IMG/VR virus record: IMGVR_UViG_3300037422_000670
Location: 1-24,839 of that record
DNA: 24,839 nt
Origin: a virus
Lineage: Duplodnaviria > Caudoviricetes
Reading direction: 5' to 3' (one strand)
Shown in pieces: positions 16,860 through 24,839 of the stretch. Within the stretch, counting starts at the first letter, position 1, and the number at the start of each line of letters is the position of its first letter. The notes below the pieces were generated by a model. That model had not been told where the DNA came from, searched no databases, and worked only from the letters and a program-made list of their open reading frames with translations. Both the position numbers and the translations under genes were made by a program.

Positions 16860-17293
16860 GCCTCTTCACCGACCTCACCGCCGCCATCGCCGCCAGGCTC
16901 GCCTCAGACGATTACTTCGCTACCCCCCCAGCCATCGGCATCCTCACAGAGCGCGCCGGCGACCTCGAACACACCATCGCCCGCGCCCTGCAGAAAATCG
17001 GCGTCGGCCTCCTTATCCTCACCCCCAAAATCGCCCGCGGCGGTGAACCAAACATCCTCCAAGTCGTGCTAACCATCCATCTCATCGAGCACGTCACCAT
17101 AAACCAATCCGCCTCCGGCACCAAAAAACCCGCCTCTGACATCGCCGCCACCGCCATCGCCCTCCTCGAAAACTGGGCTCCAGACGACATCTGGTCCCCA
17201 CTCCGTTTCATCTCCATGACCCTCATCGACCCCGGCAAAACCATCGTCTACGAACTCGAACTCCACACCCACACCCTCCTCGCCACCGCCTAA
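16856..17293 (+). CDS. putative tail completion/terminator protein
   Basis: 145 aa; AIAARL…ALLENWAP…IVYELEL pattern; immediately before tube gene. Confidence 0.55.
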   Translation: MSLFTDLTAAIAARLASDDYFATPPAIGILTERAGDLEHTIARALQKIGVGLLILTPKIARGGEPNILQVVLTIHLIEHVTINQSASGTKKPASDIAATAIALLENWAPDDIWSPLRFISMTLIDPGKTIVYELELHTHTLLATA

Positions 17294-17305
17294 CCCACAA
17301 CCCCC

Positions 17306-17752
17306 ATGCCCACCCCAATCCTCACAGGTAAAGCCGCAGTCTATGGCGTCACCGGCACCCTCGCCTTCGCCGGAGCCGTCGTCATGTCCACCGCAGAAAA
17401 CAAAATGCTAGGCGCCGACATCACAGACACCTTCGACATCCCAGAACTCAAAGACGGCGTCGGCAACATCATCGGCCTCGCCGCCGTCAACCGCCGCCAC
17501 GAAGCCACCTTCGACATCGTCCCCTCAGACACCGACGGTTCCCCAACACTCGCCGACGCCAAAACCGCGATAAAACTCCCCGACCCACTCGCCATCGTCA
17601 CCATCGCCGGCTTCGGGAACACCCTCATCGACGGCACATGGAACTACATCGGCGGCGGCAAAATCACCTTCTCTCCCGACGGCTACATCAAAATGTCCTT
17701 GCCCTGCCGCCGCGTCGGCGACACCCCAGCCGCCCTCCAAACCATCGGCTAA
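17306..17752 (+). CDS. putative tail tube protein
   Basis: 148 aa, beta-rich and acidic; ELKDGVGNIIG loop; precedes tape measure. Confidence 0.55.
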   Translation: MPTPILTGKAAVYGVTGTLAFAGAVVMSTAENKMLGADITDTFDIPELKDGVGNIIGLAAVNRRHEATFDIVPSDTDGSPTLADAKTAIKLPDPLAIVTIAGFGNTLIDGTWNYIGGGKITFSPDGYIKMSLPCRRVGDTPAALQTIG

Positions 17753-17757
17753 TCCAA

Positions 17758-17806
17758 ATGCGGAGTGCGGAATGCGGAATGCGGCACTCCCCACTCCTCA
17801 CTCCCC
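17758..17806 (+). repeat. TGCGGAR heptamers followed by CACTCCC heptamers between tube and TMP genes
   Basis: Read directly. Confidence 0.9.
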
Positions 17807-18901
17807 ATGCCCGCCCAAGATTTCATCGTCGACCTCATCCTCCGCTCCCAGCAATTCGGCGCCGAGATCCGCCGCGTCACCAACGACCTCAACACACGCC
17901 TCACCCAGTCCCTAAAATCCACCCTCACCAGCCGTCTCACCGGCGCCCTCGCCCTCGGCTCACTCGCCGCCGCCTCCCAGCGCCTCGTCTCCTTCGCCTC
18001 ACGCTTCGCCGATTCCTCAGCCAAACTCGGCGTCGGCGTCCAATTCCTCCAAGCCGCCTCCTACGCCGCCCAACAGACCGGCGCATCATTCGGCGACGTC
18101 GAACTCGCCCTCAAACGCCTCTCAGTCGCCCAAGCCAACGCCCTCGCCGGCAAAAAACCCGACCTCGAATCCTTCACCCGCTTCGGCGTCACACTCGACG
18201 ACCTCAAATCCAAATCCATCGACCAGCTCTTCCTCCAAATCGCCACCCACGTCCAGACCACGGCCCACAGCTCCCAAACACTGAGCGACGTCCTCAACCT
18301 CATGGGCCGCTCCGCCGACTCCATCCTCCCAGCCATGAAACAAGGCTTCGCCGATCTCGCCGCCGAAGCAGAAAAACTCGGCCTCATCCTCGGCCCCGAA
18401 ACCATACACACACTCGATACCCTCGGCGATCGACTCCAAGCCCTCGCCCTCCGTCTCGCCGCCATCTTTGGCCCCGTCCTCGTCCACGTCACAGAAATCG
18501 TCCAGCGCTTCATCGACCTCCAAAAAATCCTCCTCGGCGGCGGCTTCGAATTCTGGAAAACACTACTCACCACCGGCTCCACAAAAAAGGCAGCCGCCGC
18601 CTGGGGAGCCAGCCTCGACGCCGCTCTCGACGCCTACAGCAAACGCCAGCTCGCCAACACCCCATCTGCACCCAAACCCGTCCCCCCATCCCTCCTGGAT
18701 CCCGGCGCCGGATCGCCTCTCCCCGCGCCTGACGCCGTCCATGCCAGCTACCGGCCCACCGTAGATCAACTCGCCCGCATCGGCCTCTTCGTCACCGGCG
18801 GCGATCCCGCTCAACAAACCCGCAAACAAACCCTCGTCGAGCTCAAAGCCATCAAACACCGCCTCGGCGACCTCAAATCCACCCTCGAACAAACCCTCTA
18901 A
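17807..18901 (+). CDS. short tape measure protein (364 aa)
   Basis: SAKLGVGVQFLQ…YAAQQTG, FTRFGVTLDDLK, LMGRSA..ILP and AEKLGLIL motifs; ATG 17807. Confidence 0.85.
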   Translation: MPAQDFIVDLILRSQQFGAEIRRVTNDLNTRLTQSLKSTLTSRLTGALALGSLAAASQRLVSFASRFADSSAKLGVGVQFLQAASYAAQQTGASFGDVELALKRLSVAQANALAGKKPDLESFTRFGVTLDDLKSKSIDQLFLQIATHVQTTAHSSQTLSDVLNLMGRSADSILPAMKQGFADLAAEAEKLGLILGPETIHTLDTLGDRLQALALRLAAIFGPVLVHVTEIVQRFIDLQKILLGGGFEFWKTLLTTGSTKKAAAAWGASLDAALDAYSKRQLANTPSAPKPVPPSLLDPGAGSPLPAPDAVHASYRPTVDQLARIGLFVTGGDPAQQTRKQTLVELKAIKHRLGDLKSTLEQTL

Positions 18902-18943
18902 CCGCCAGATCCGTCCGCTCATTCCGCACTCCGCACTCGCCCC

Positions 18944-19687
18944 ATGCCTCTCACCACCAACCAAGGCCCCACTGAACTGCCCATCCTCAAAACCTGGGAC
19001 CCACGCCTTGGCTGGCAATCCACCCGCCGCTGGCGCGGCACCCTGGACACACTCGCCACCGCCGTCAACACCCTCCAAGCCTCGGGCTACCGCATCACCA
19101 TCGAGCCCGATCCAGACAGCCCCTACGCCACACTCTCAGCCACCGTCGCCGGCCCCGAAGACGGCACCTCCCCGGACACCTCACTCCTCACCACCTGGGC
19201 ACTTCTCGGCAACGACCTCGAAAAAGACACGATCGAGCTGCCCAAAGTCCAAGCCGCGCTCGTCACCCTCTCAGACTCCGGGCTCTCCAACTTCCGCAAA
19301 GACCTCCAGGCCGCCCTAGACGCCTTCACACCTCCAGACGCTACCCCATTCGCCCTCGACGCCATCATGACCGGCCTGTACCGCTCCAAACTCCGCGGCG
19401 TCGAATCCTACGCTGTCTCCCAATTCGTCCTCCGCCGCACCACCTTCGCCTCCGTCCTCGCCTCCTACAAACCAAGCCTCGCCAACATCGGCAGAATCTA
19501 CACCACAGCCGCACTCACCGCCGCAGAACAAATCCCAAACACACTCCGCTTCGATCTACCGGACGGCTACTGGCTCAAGCGCACCCCAACCTGGGAACAG
19601 CAAGACGCCGACCGCGCCCAAATCACCCAAGAATGGTGGCACGCCGAATCCTACGACCCCTTCATCTACGACACCGCCACCTCCTAA
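18944..19687 (+). CDS. putative tail-tip protein (247 aa)
   Basis: Phage-type codon bias; directly after TMP; Trp-rich beta C-terminus. Confidence 0.55.
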   Translation: MPLTTNQGPTELPILKTWDPRLGWQSTRRWRGTLDTLATAVNTLQASGYRITIEPDPDSPYATLSATVAGPEDGTSPDTSLLTTWALLGNDLEKDTIELPKVQAALVTLSDSGLSNFRKDLQAALDAFTPPDATPFALDAIMTGLYRSKLRGVESYAVSQFVLRRTTFASVLASYKPSLANIGRIYTTAALTAAEQIPNTLRFDLPDGYWLKRTPTWEQQDADRAQITQEWWHAESYDPFIYDTATS

Positions 19688-19700
19688 ATCTAAAATCCCC

Positions 19701-19892
19701 ATGCCCCCCATCATCAAACCCCGCGGCGCACTCACCACCACCATCCGCGACCTTCAGCGCCGTCTCGCCACCCTCAATCCAGCCTCATCCCCGAACCTCC
19801 TCACCAGCCGCACCACCCGCGGCGTCCTCCGCCGTCCGCGCCCCGGCGCCCACGGCACCACCCCATCCTCCCCAGTCCCACGCTGGGGGTAA
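19701..19892 (+). CDS. small basic hypothetical tail-region protein (63 aa)
   Basis: ATG in CCCC context, C-ending codons, fills the gap; SRTTRGV motif. Confidence 0.55.
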   Translation: MPPIIKPRGALTTTIRDLQRRLATLNPASSPNLLTSRTTRGVLRRPRPGAHGTTPSSPVPRWG

Positions 19893-19937
19893 CCCACGTC
19901 CGTCCCATCGCCCTTAACCCCTAACCACTAAACCATC

Positions 19938-20303
19938 ATGGCCAACGAAATCACCATCTCAGCATCACTCGTCGCCTCCAAAGGCGGCGCCTCCATCAGC
20001 TCCGGCACCCTCTCCAAGCAAATCGACATGACCGGCATCGACATGGAAACCGCCACCCAAGCCGTCGGCACCTCCAACGAACAACTCGCCATCCACGCCG
20101 ACATCGCCACCCCACTAGACATCCTCATCAAAAACCTCGACGCCACCAACTACGTCGAAATCTTCCGCGACAACGCCGACGCCCAACTCATCGCCAAACT
20201 CACCCCAGGCGCCTTCTGCTTTTGTCCCGGCATCAACGTCAAACCCTACGCCAAAGCCAACACCGCCTCCTGCCAACTCCAATTCTGGGCCTGCGAAGTC
20301 TAA
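19938..20303 (+). CDS. small beta-rich virion protein (121 aa)
   Basis: ILIKNLDATNYVEI…KLTPG…YAKANTASC jelly-roll-like pattern. Confidence 0.6.
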   Translation: MANEITISASLVASKGGASISSGTLSKQIDMTGIDMETATQAVGTSNEQLAIHADIATPLDILIKNLDATNYVEIFRDNADAQLIAKLTPGAFCFCPGINVKPYAKANTASCQLQFWACEV

Positions 20304-20352
20304 TTCCGGCAGGCCAATTTCCGGAAGGCCGACTTACACGAGGCCCTGACCT

Positions 20353-20384
20353 CTCCCCACTCCCCACTCCCCACTCCCCACTCC
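20353..20384 (+). repeat. CTCCCCA x4 before GTG 20395
   Basis: Read directly. Confidence 0.95.
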
Positions 20385-20394
20385 GCCCTCCCCC

Positions 20395-23300
20395 GTGCCC
20401 ATCGCCTTCACCCGCGCACCCACCGTCGCCCCTGGCGACCCCGTCACCTCCACACAGCTCGCCACACTCGCCCGCGCCTTCAACGACCGCCTCCGCTCAG
20501 GCATCGCCGATCCCACCTTCCGCATCTTCTTCTACCTCCTCAACCTCTTCCGCCAAGTCCGCAACCCGGACGCCACCGGCTTCGGCTTCCCTGCCCAGGC
20601 TGAATTCTTCGAAATCTACCAGCACATCGACCCAGCCGCCGCCACCTGGCCCACCACCGAACCCGGCCTCCCAGAGGGTGCCAACCTTGCCAACCCCATC
20701 GCCGCCTTCGTCTTCGGCTCCGCCCCCATCGGCCTCCGCTCAGAAGACGACCGCCTCACCAACCCAGGCGGCGGCGGCATCCCGCTCGAACTCGACACCG
20801 GCCCGCCCGCCACCGACCCCGAGCGCTGGCTCCTCGCCAAATACCAGCGCGGCGCCTTCGACCCCCTCACAGGCGCCCTCGCCTCACCCAGCTTCGACGC
20901 CGCCCGCGCCCACTACCGCATCGCCTACTCCCACTACGCACCCCACGGCAACTCCTACGGCGGATTCCTGCCACTGCCAGCCATCCTCACCGCCTGCTCA
21001 GACTCCCCGCCATCCATAAACTGGGAAATCTTATTCACTAAACTCACCCCAGGCATCGCCTGCCCTGCGGGCGCCACAGACACCGGCGCCACCTGCAAAT
21101 ACCCCGGCACCTGCCCAAACATCAGTTCCCACATCGCCTGGATCTCCCGCGCCCCGTGGGCCACCTACGTCGGCCTCGTCAACGGCCAGATCGACATCCT
21201 CCCCGCCAAAGACTTCCTCGAAGGCCCCTACACCGGCGGCGCCCAACTCCGCAAAACCTCAGGCGAACAAATCCCCAGAATCCTCAACGCCTTCGCCCGC
21301 GAATTCCGCGGCTCAGACACCCAGCGCGCCGACCCCAAATACCACCTCGACTACGCCTTCGACTTCCAGCGCTTCCTCACCTCCCAATACCACCTCGCCC
21401 CACAGCGCGGCCGCCAGATCGGCGACACCATCATCTCAGACTACCCTGAATTCACCCTCTCCGGCGCCGCAAACTTCCCACCAGGCACCACACTCACCTC
21501 CACACTCGATCAATCAGACAACCACCCCTACCACCCCGCCACCGTCTGCACCGGCTTCCTCGTCACAGCCTCCAAACTCGCCGCCACCGCCTTCATCGAA
21601 GCCCTCGACGCCGATAAACGCCTCCAACTCATCGCCCTCACCCCAGACGAACGTGGTGACTTCGCCAAAATCCTCTGGCTCCACACCCCAGTCACACCCA
21701 ACCCACTCCGCTTCCGCCTCACATCATCCGCCCAATTCACCTCCCCTGCCGGCTCCATCTCAATCGAAGCCACCGAACTCTACGCCTACAAACCCGAGAT
21801 CCACGACCTCTACTGCCTCCTGCGCGCCGCCGGAGCCGACCTCACCGCAACCCACTCCGACGGCCGCGGCATCGACCAAGACGCCGCCAGCCAAATCACC
21901 GCCGACTACCACGCCCACGGCTGCGTCACCAACCTCCACCAGCACCTCGGCCTCCCAGGCCAAACCGTCCCCATCAACACCAACGCCGTCTTCGACGCCG
22001 CACGCCGCCTCTCCCGCTGCGTCCGCGTCATCCGCCGCCAGCAATTCATCGGCTACGCCGTCCAAAACGGCGTCTCCGTCCTCTGGTTCAAACGCTACGC
22101 CTACGGCCTCCACGGCACCACCCCGGCCGACTCCTTCGAAGCCATCGCCCCCAACCGCCAGCCCATCCCCTCAGGCCAGATCCTCGAGGGCCAAACCTAC
22201 ACCGTCCGGACCGCCCCCATCACCTACGCCGGCGAACTCCACCACCCAGGCGCCACCTTCACCGGCCTAGCCGCCTACACCACCTTCACCGGCTCAGGCC
22301 AAATCTTCGAACACGAAGGCATCCACCACACCGCCCTCAAATCCGGCCTCACCAACCAATGGCTCCTCGGCCTCCAGCTCAAAAACTACCATCCCAGCCC
22401 GTCCTCAATCTGGAAACCTGACGCCTACTCCGACTACTTCCCACTATCCAACCGCTGCCACTTCTACTCCCCCTACGTCGGCAACAAACCCGACCTCCGC
22501 TGGCACTTCAACTACGGCGAACCCCTCTCCCTCGCCCCCGAGGCCCCTTCAGGCTACAACTACATCCACGACCTCAACGGCCTCCCCTACGCCAGCACCA
22601 ACTTCTATAAATCCTGCCGCGTCTTCGAGCCCGACCCAGAAATCCAATCCGCCATCGTCACCATCGAAAACGGCGAAGAAATCGTCCAGCTCACACTCAA
22701 ATCACGCCTCCACCACTGCGACACCGCCCCAGTCTCCATCAACCGCGACCTCGCCTCCTGGGACACCGCCGCCCTCCAAGCCGAACCCTATCGCACCGCC
22801 GAAAACGCCCTCCGCGAATACCTCCTCAACCAAGCCACAGGCAAACACTGCGCCGGCTCCGCCCAGCCAGGCAACGCCGCCATCCAAGCCGCCGTCTGGC
22901 TCCTCCCAGACGCCCCCTACGGCGCCTGCTACCCACATTTCATCCTCACCCAGCTCATCCCAGAGCCCTACCTCGACACCAACGACACCCAAGACCCCCA
23001 CGACACCCACATCACCCACGACCCCATCCTCCTCATGGAACTCTACCTTCGCGCCATCTGCGAAGGCTACATCGACACCCCAACCTCCGTCGCCAACGGC
23101 TGCGCCTCAGGCGTCCGCGCCCTCATCGACTACACCTACGAAAACCTCTGCTTCGACGCCTTTGCCGGCCGCTGGATCAACACCCTCGCCACCGCCCAGC
23201 GCCCAGACCGCCCCCAAGGCTTCGGCCCCATCCCAAACATCGAACTCCGCGCCCAAACCTTCAACCAGCTCAGCGCCGCCATCAACAAACTCACCCGCGC

Positions 23301-24018
23301 CCGCCTCCCACTCACCATGCACCTCCAATGCATGGACACCACCTTCAAAACCGACAAACCCATCGACGCCGTCGATTCCGACGGCGCCCCCCTCGGCGCC
23401 TGCTCCACCTCAGCCGAAACCCACGGCTACCACATCGGCCGGCCCGATCCAGGCGCCACCCTCATCTCCTCGACCGCCTGGTCCCAATGCCCAGACTTCA
23501 CCGCCTCCCGCAGCGCCGGCGTCCTCAACAACGCGTGCTCCGGTGGCGGCCAATGGATCCTCCAGACCATCCGCGGCCAGGCCGCCTTCCGCACATCCCT
23601 CGTCGATCCAAACGCCGTCCACGCCGTCCCTCCGGCCTGGCGCGACATGATCGACGGCACCCTCATCGGCGCCACCGGCATCCTTGCCTACGCCACCCTC
23701 AGCACCCAAACCTCCACCGTCCAAATCGTCTCCGAGATCGACCAATCCACCGACTGCTGCTTCGTCTATCAGCAGCCCTGCCCTGGCTTCTGGCATCGCC
23801 AAGACGGCAACTACCTCAAATTCACCACCACCACCACCATCACCCACTGGTGTGGCGCCATCACCTCCGGCGTCATCGACGCCCCCGAGATCGGCTCCAA
23901 CGTCTTCACCATCGGCCGCACCGCCAGCGGCGCCAACTGCTTCAGCGCCCTCACCAACACCCTCACCTACGAACCCTACCTCACAGAAGGCATTTACCTC
24001 GAAATCCCCCTCCTCTGA
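20395..24018 (+). CDS. large Cys-rich tail-region protein (1207 aa), function unknown
   Basis: Long ORF with the element's codon bias; GTG start; N-terminal VAPGDPVTSTQLATLARAFNDR. Confidence 0.8.
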   Translation: MPIAFTRAPTVAPGDPVTSTQLATLARAFNDRLRSGIADPTFRIFFYLLNLFRQVRNPDATGFGFPAQAEFFEIYQHIDPAAATWPTTEPGLPEGANLANPIAAFVFGSAPIGLRSEDDRLTNPGGGGIPLELDTGPPATDPERWLLAKYQRGAFDPLTGALASPSFDAARAHYRIAYSHYAPHGNSYGGFLPLPAILTACSDSPPSINWEILFTKLTPGIACPAGATDTGATCKYPGTCPNISSHIAWISRAPWATYVGLVNGQIDILPAKDFLEGPYTGGAQLRKTSGEQIPRILNAFAREFRGSDTQRADPKYHLDYAFDFQRFLTSQYHLAPQRGRQIGDTIISDYPEFTLSGAANFPPGTTLTSTLDQSDNHPYHPATVCTGFLVTASKLAATAFIEALDADKRLQLIALTPDERGDFAKILWLHTPVTPNPLRFRLTSSAQFTSPAGSISIEATELYAYKPEIHDLYCLLRAAGADLTATHSDGRGIDQDAASQITADYHAHGCVTNLHQHLGLPGQTVPINTNAVFDAARRLSRCVRVIRRQQFIGYAVQNGVSVLWFKRYAYGLHGTTPADSFEAIAPNRQPIPSGQILEGQTYTVRTAPITYAGELHHPGATFTGLAAYTTFTGSGQIFEHEGIHHTALKSGLTNQWLLGLQLKNYHPSPSSIWKPDAYSDYFPLSNRCHFYSPYVGNKPDLRWHFNYGEPLSLAPEAPSGYNYIHDLNGLPYASTNFYKSCRVFEPDPEIQSAIVTIENGEEIVQLTLKSRLHHCDTAPVSINRDLASWDTAALQAEPYRTAENALREYLLNQATGKHCAGSAQPGNAAIQAAVWLLPDAPYGACYPHFILTQLIPEPYLDTNDTQDPHDTHITHDPILLMELYLRAICEGYIDTPTSVANGCASGVRALIDYTYENLCFDAFAGRWINTLATAQRPDRPQGFGPIPNIELRAQTFNQLSAAINKLTRARLPLTMHLQCMDTTFKTDKPIDAVDSDGAPLGACSTSAETHGYHIGRPDPGATLISSTAWSQCPDFTASRSAGVLNNACSGGGQWILQTIRGQAAFRTSLVDPNAVHAVPPAWRDMIDGTLIGATGILAYATLSTQTSTVQIVSEIDQSTDCCFVYQQPCPGFWHRQDGNYLKFTTTTTITHWCGAITSGVIDAPEIGSNVFTIGRTASGANCFSALTNTLTYEPYLTEGIYLEIPLL

Positions 24019-24042
24019 ACCCGAGCCCTCATCCCTGCCCTC

Positions 24043-24086
24043 AGATCCGCCCCATCCGGCCCATCCGTCCCATCCGTCCCATCCGC
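24043..24086 (+). repeat. 9-mer CATCCGTCC-type array (~5 units); relatives at 1121-1146, 5263-5302, 9241-9264 and 11979-12018
   Basis: Read directly. Confidence 0.9.
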
Positions 24087-24087
24087 C

Positions 24088-24453
24088 ATGCCATCCTTCC
24101 GTGTTACCGCCCATCTTCCCGCCCTCCTCAGTGAGCCTGCGCCAGCCGTCCTTGCCCATTTGGCTCCTCCTGGACCCCATTCGCCGTCCGCCGTCAGCGG
24201 CCACCTTGAGACCGGCCGGCCACCCTCATGGCCATTGCCGACCCTTGGCGGCGTCCTTGCAACCACGTTGCAGACTCAAGACCAGGCCACGACATCACGC
24301 CTGCGTCGCTCCATCTGCGAGGCTTGTCCGCAGTATCATCCAGGCCGCTTCACCTGTGGCCACCCCGCCTGTGGTTGTCCCAGCGCCGAGCACCGCATTT
24401 TCCCCTGGCTTCGCATGCTTCGCTGTCCACTAAACCACTGGCCAAGCCCCTGA
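24088..24453 (+). CDS. Cys-rich metal-binding protein (DUF6171-like C-terminus)
   Basis: RRSICEACP…TC..PACGCP…RCPLNHW; start uncertain. Confidence 0.65.
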   Translation: MPSFRVTAHLPALLSEPAPAVLAHLAPPGPHSPSAVSGHLETGRPPSWPLPTLGGVLATTLQTQDQATTSRLRRSICEACPQYHPGRFTCGHPACGCPSAEHRIFPWLRMLRCPLNHWPSP

Positions 24454-24504
24454 CAATTCGAGCCACAGCCCCCCCCCCCTCTTACCCCTGGCCGCCCCCA
24501 ATAA

Positions 24505-24551
24505 TTATCAAAGTTCTGCAACACCCTTATCAATCTGCGCGCAACTTTACA
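24505..24551. mobile_element. putative right end (attR) with two transposase-binding repeats
   Basis: TTATCAA-N6/7-GCAAC at 24505 and 24527 (22-bp period), terminal TACA at 24548-24551. Confidence 0.7.
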
Positions 24552-24839
24552 GTGGGACAACATCCAGAGCAAAGTGGCCGCCCCCAGGGCGGATTTTCCC
24601 CCTGGACCAACCCACAGCCACGCAGGCGCGAACCTCCACGATCAGCAAGGGATGCCCGACCAATCGCGCCATACGCACGGCCCCCGTTGACGCCGAGGAT
24701 GTCGGCTTTCCCTTCGCGGCTCAGGCCGCCCGGCTGCTGCGTCAGACGCGCGGACGCAAGGACGAGGAAGTCTGTCTCATCACCAGCGCCCCACCGCAAC
24801 GACTCCAGGCTCCGCTCTGGCTCACACTCAATCGTTTGA

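Larger units (their letters stand above)
1..24551 (+). mobile_element. Mu-like transposable prophage, late region and right end (left part lies outside the window)
   Basis: Mu-type series gp26/gp27/gp28 terminase/DUF935 portal/gpI protease/gp36/MuF/gpG; terminal CA with paired subterminal repeats; strand skew disappears after 24551. Confidence 0.9.

Noticed and set aside
9238-24018. Diversity-generating retroelement or invertible fibre cassette
   Set aside because: No reverse transcriptase, invertase, TR/VR pair or long inverted repeats seen
50-24433. Many long alternative-frame and minus-strand ORFs (e.g. 9501-11552, 11648-13198, 14803-16281)
   Set aside because: Expected from stop-codon scarcity under extreme C-ending codon bias; the products are low-complexity
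24552-24839. ORFs in the flanking DNA
   Set aside because: No recognisable protein motif; too short to call

Overview
Late (morphogenesis) half of a transposable Mu-like prophage. All genes are on the + strand, and the element ends at a probable Mu-type right end (…TTTACA, 24551) followed by about 290 bp of compositionally different, probably host, DNA. Gene order: holin-like, lipoprotein, gp25/26-like, small terminase, large terminase, DUF935 portal, protease/scaffold, decoration protein, major capsid, gp36 adaptor, a fibre-anchor gene plus two large beta-helix proteins with signal peptides, displaced MuF and gpG, tail completion, tail tube, short tape measure, tail-tip proteins and a Cys-rich small protein. 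The + strand is very C/A-rich and G-poor, and most gene junctions carry 7-mer or 9-mer tandem repeats. The main finding is that two head proteins (portal and MuF) each carry a composition-anomalous cargo segment with its own embedded sigma70-like promoter of the same design (TTGA-c/t-N, 17-bp spacer, TGG-CAG-N-N-T). In MuF it points at a leaderless +1-frame nested gene. In the portal it points antisense at a structured ~95-nt RNA immediately after a nuclease-like domain. This suggests virion-delivered effectors whose immunity partners are hidden inside the same gene. All family calls come from motif recognition by eye; no searches were run.
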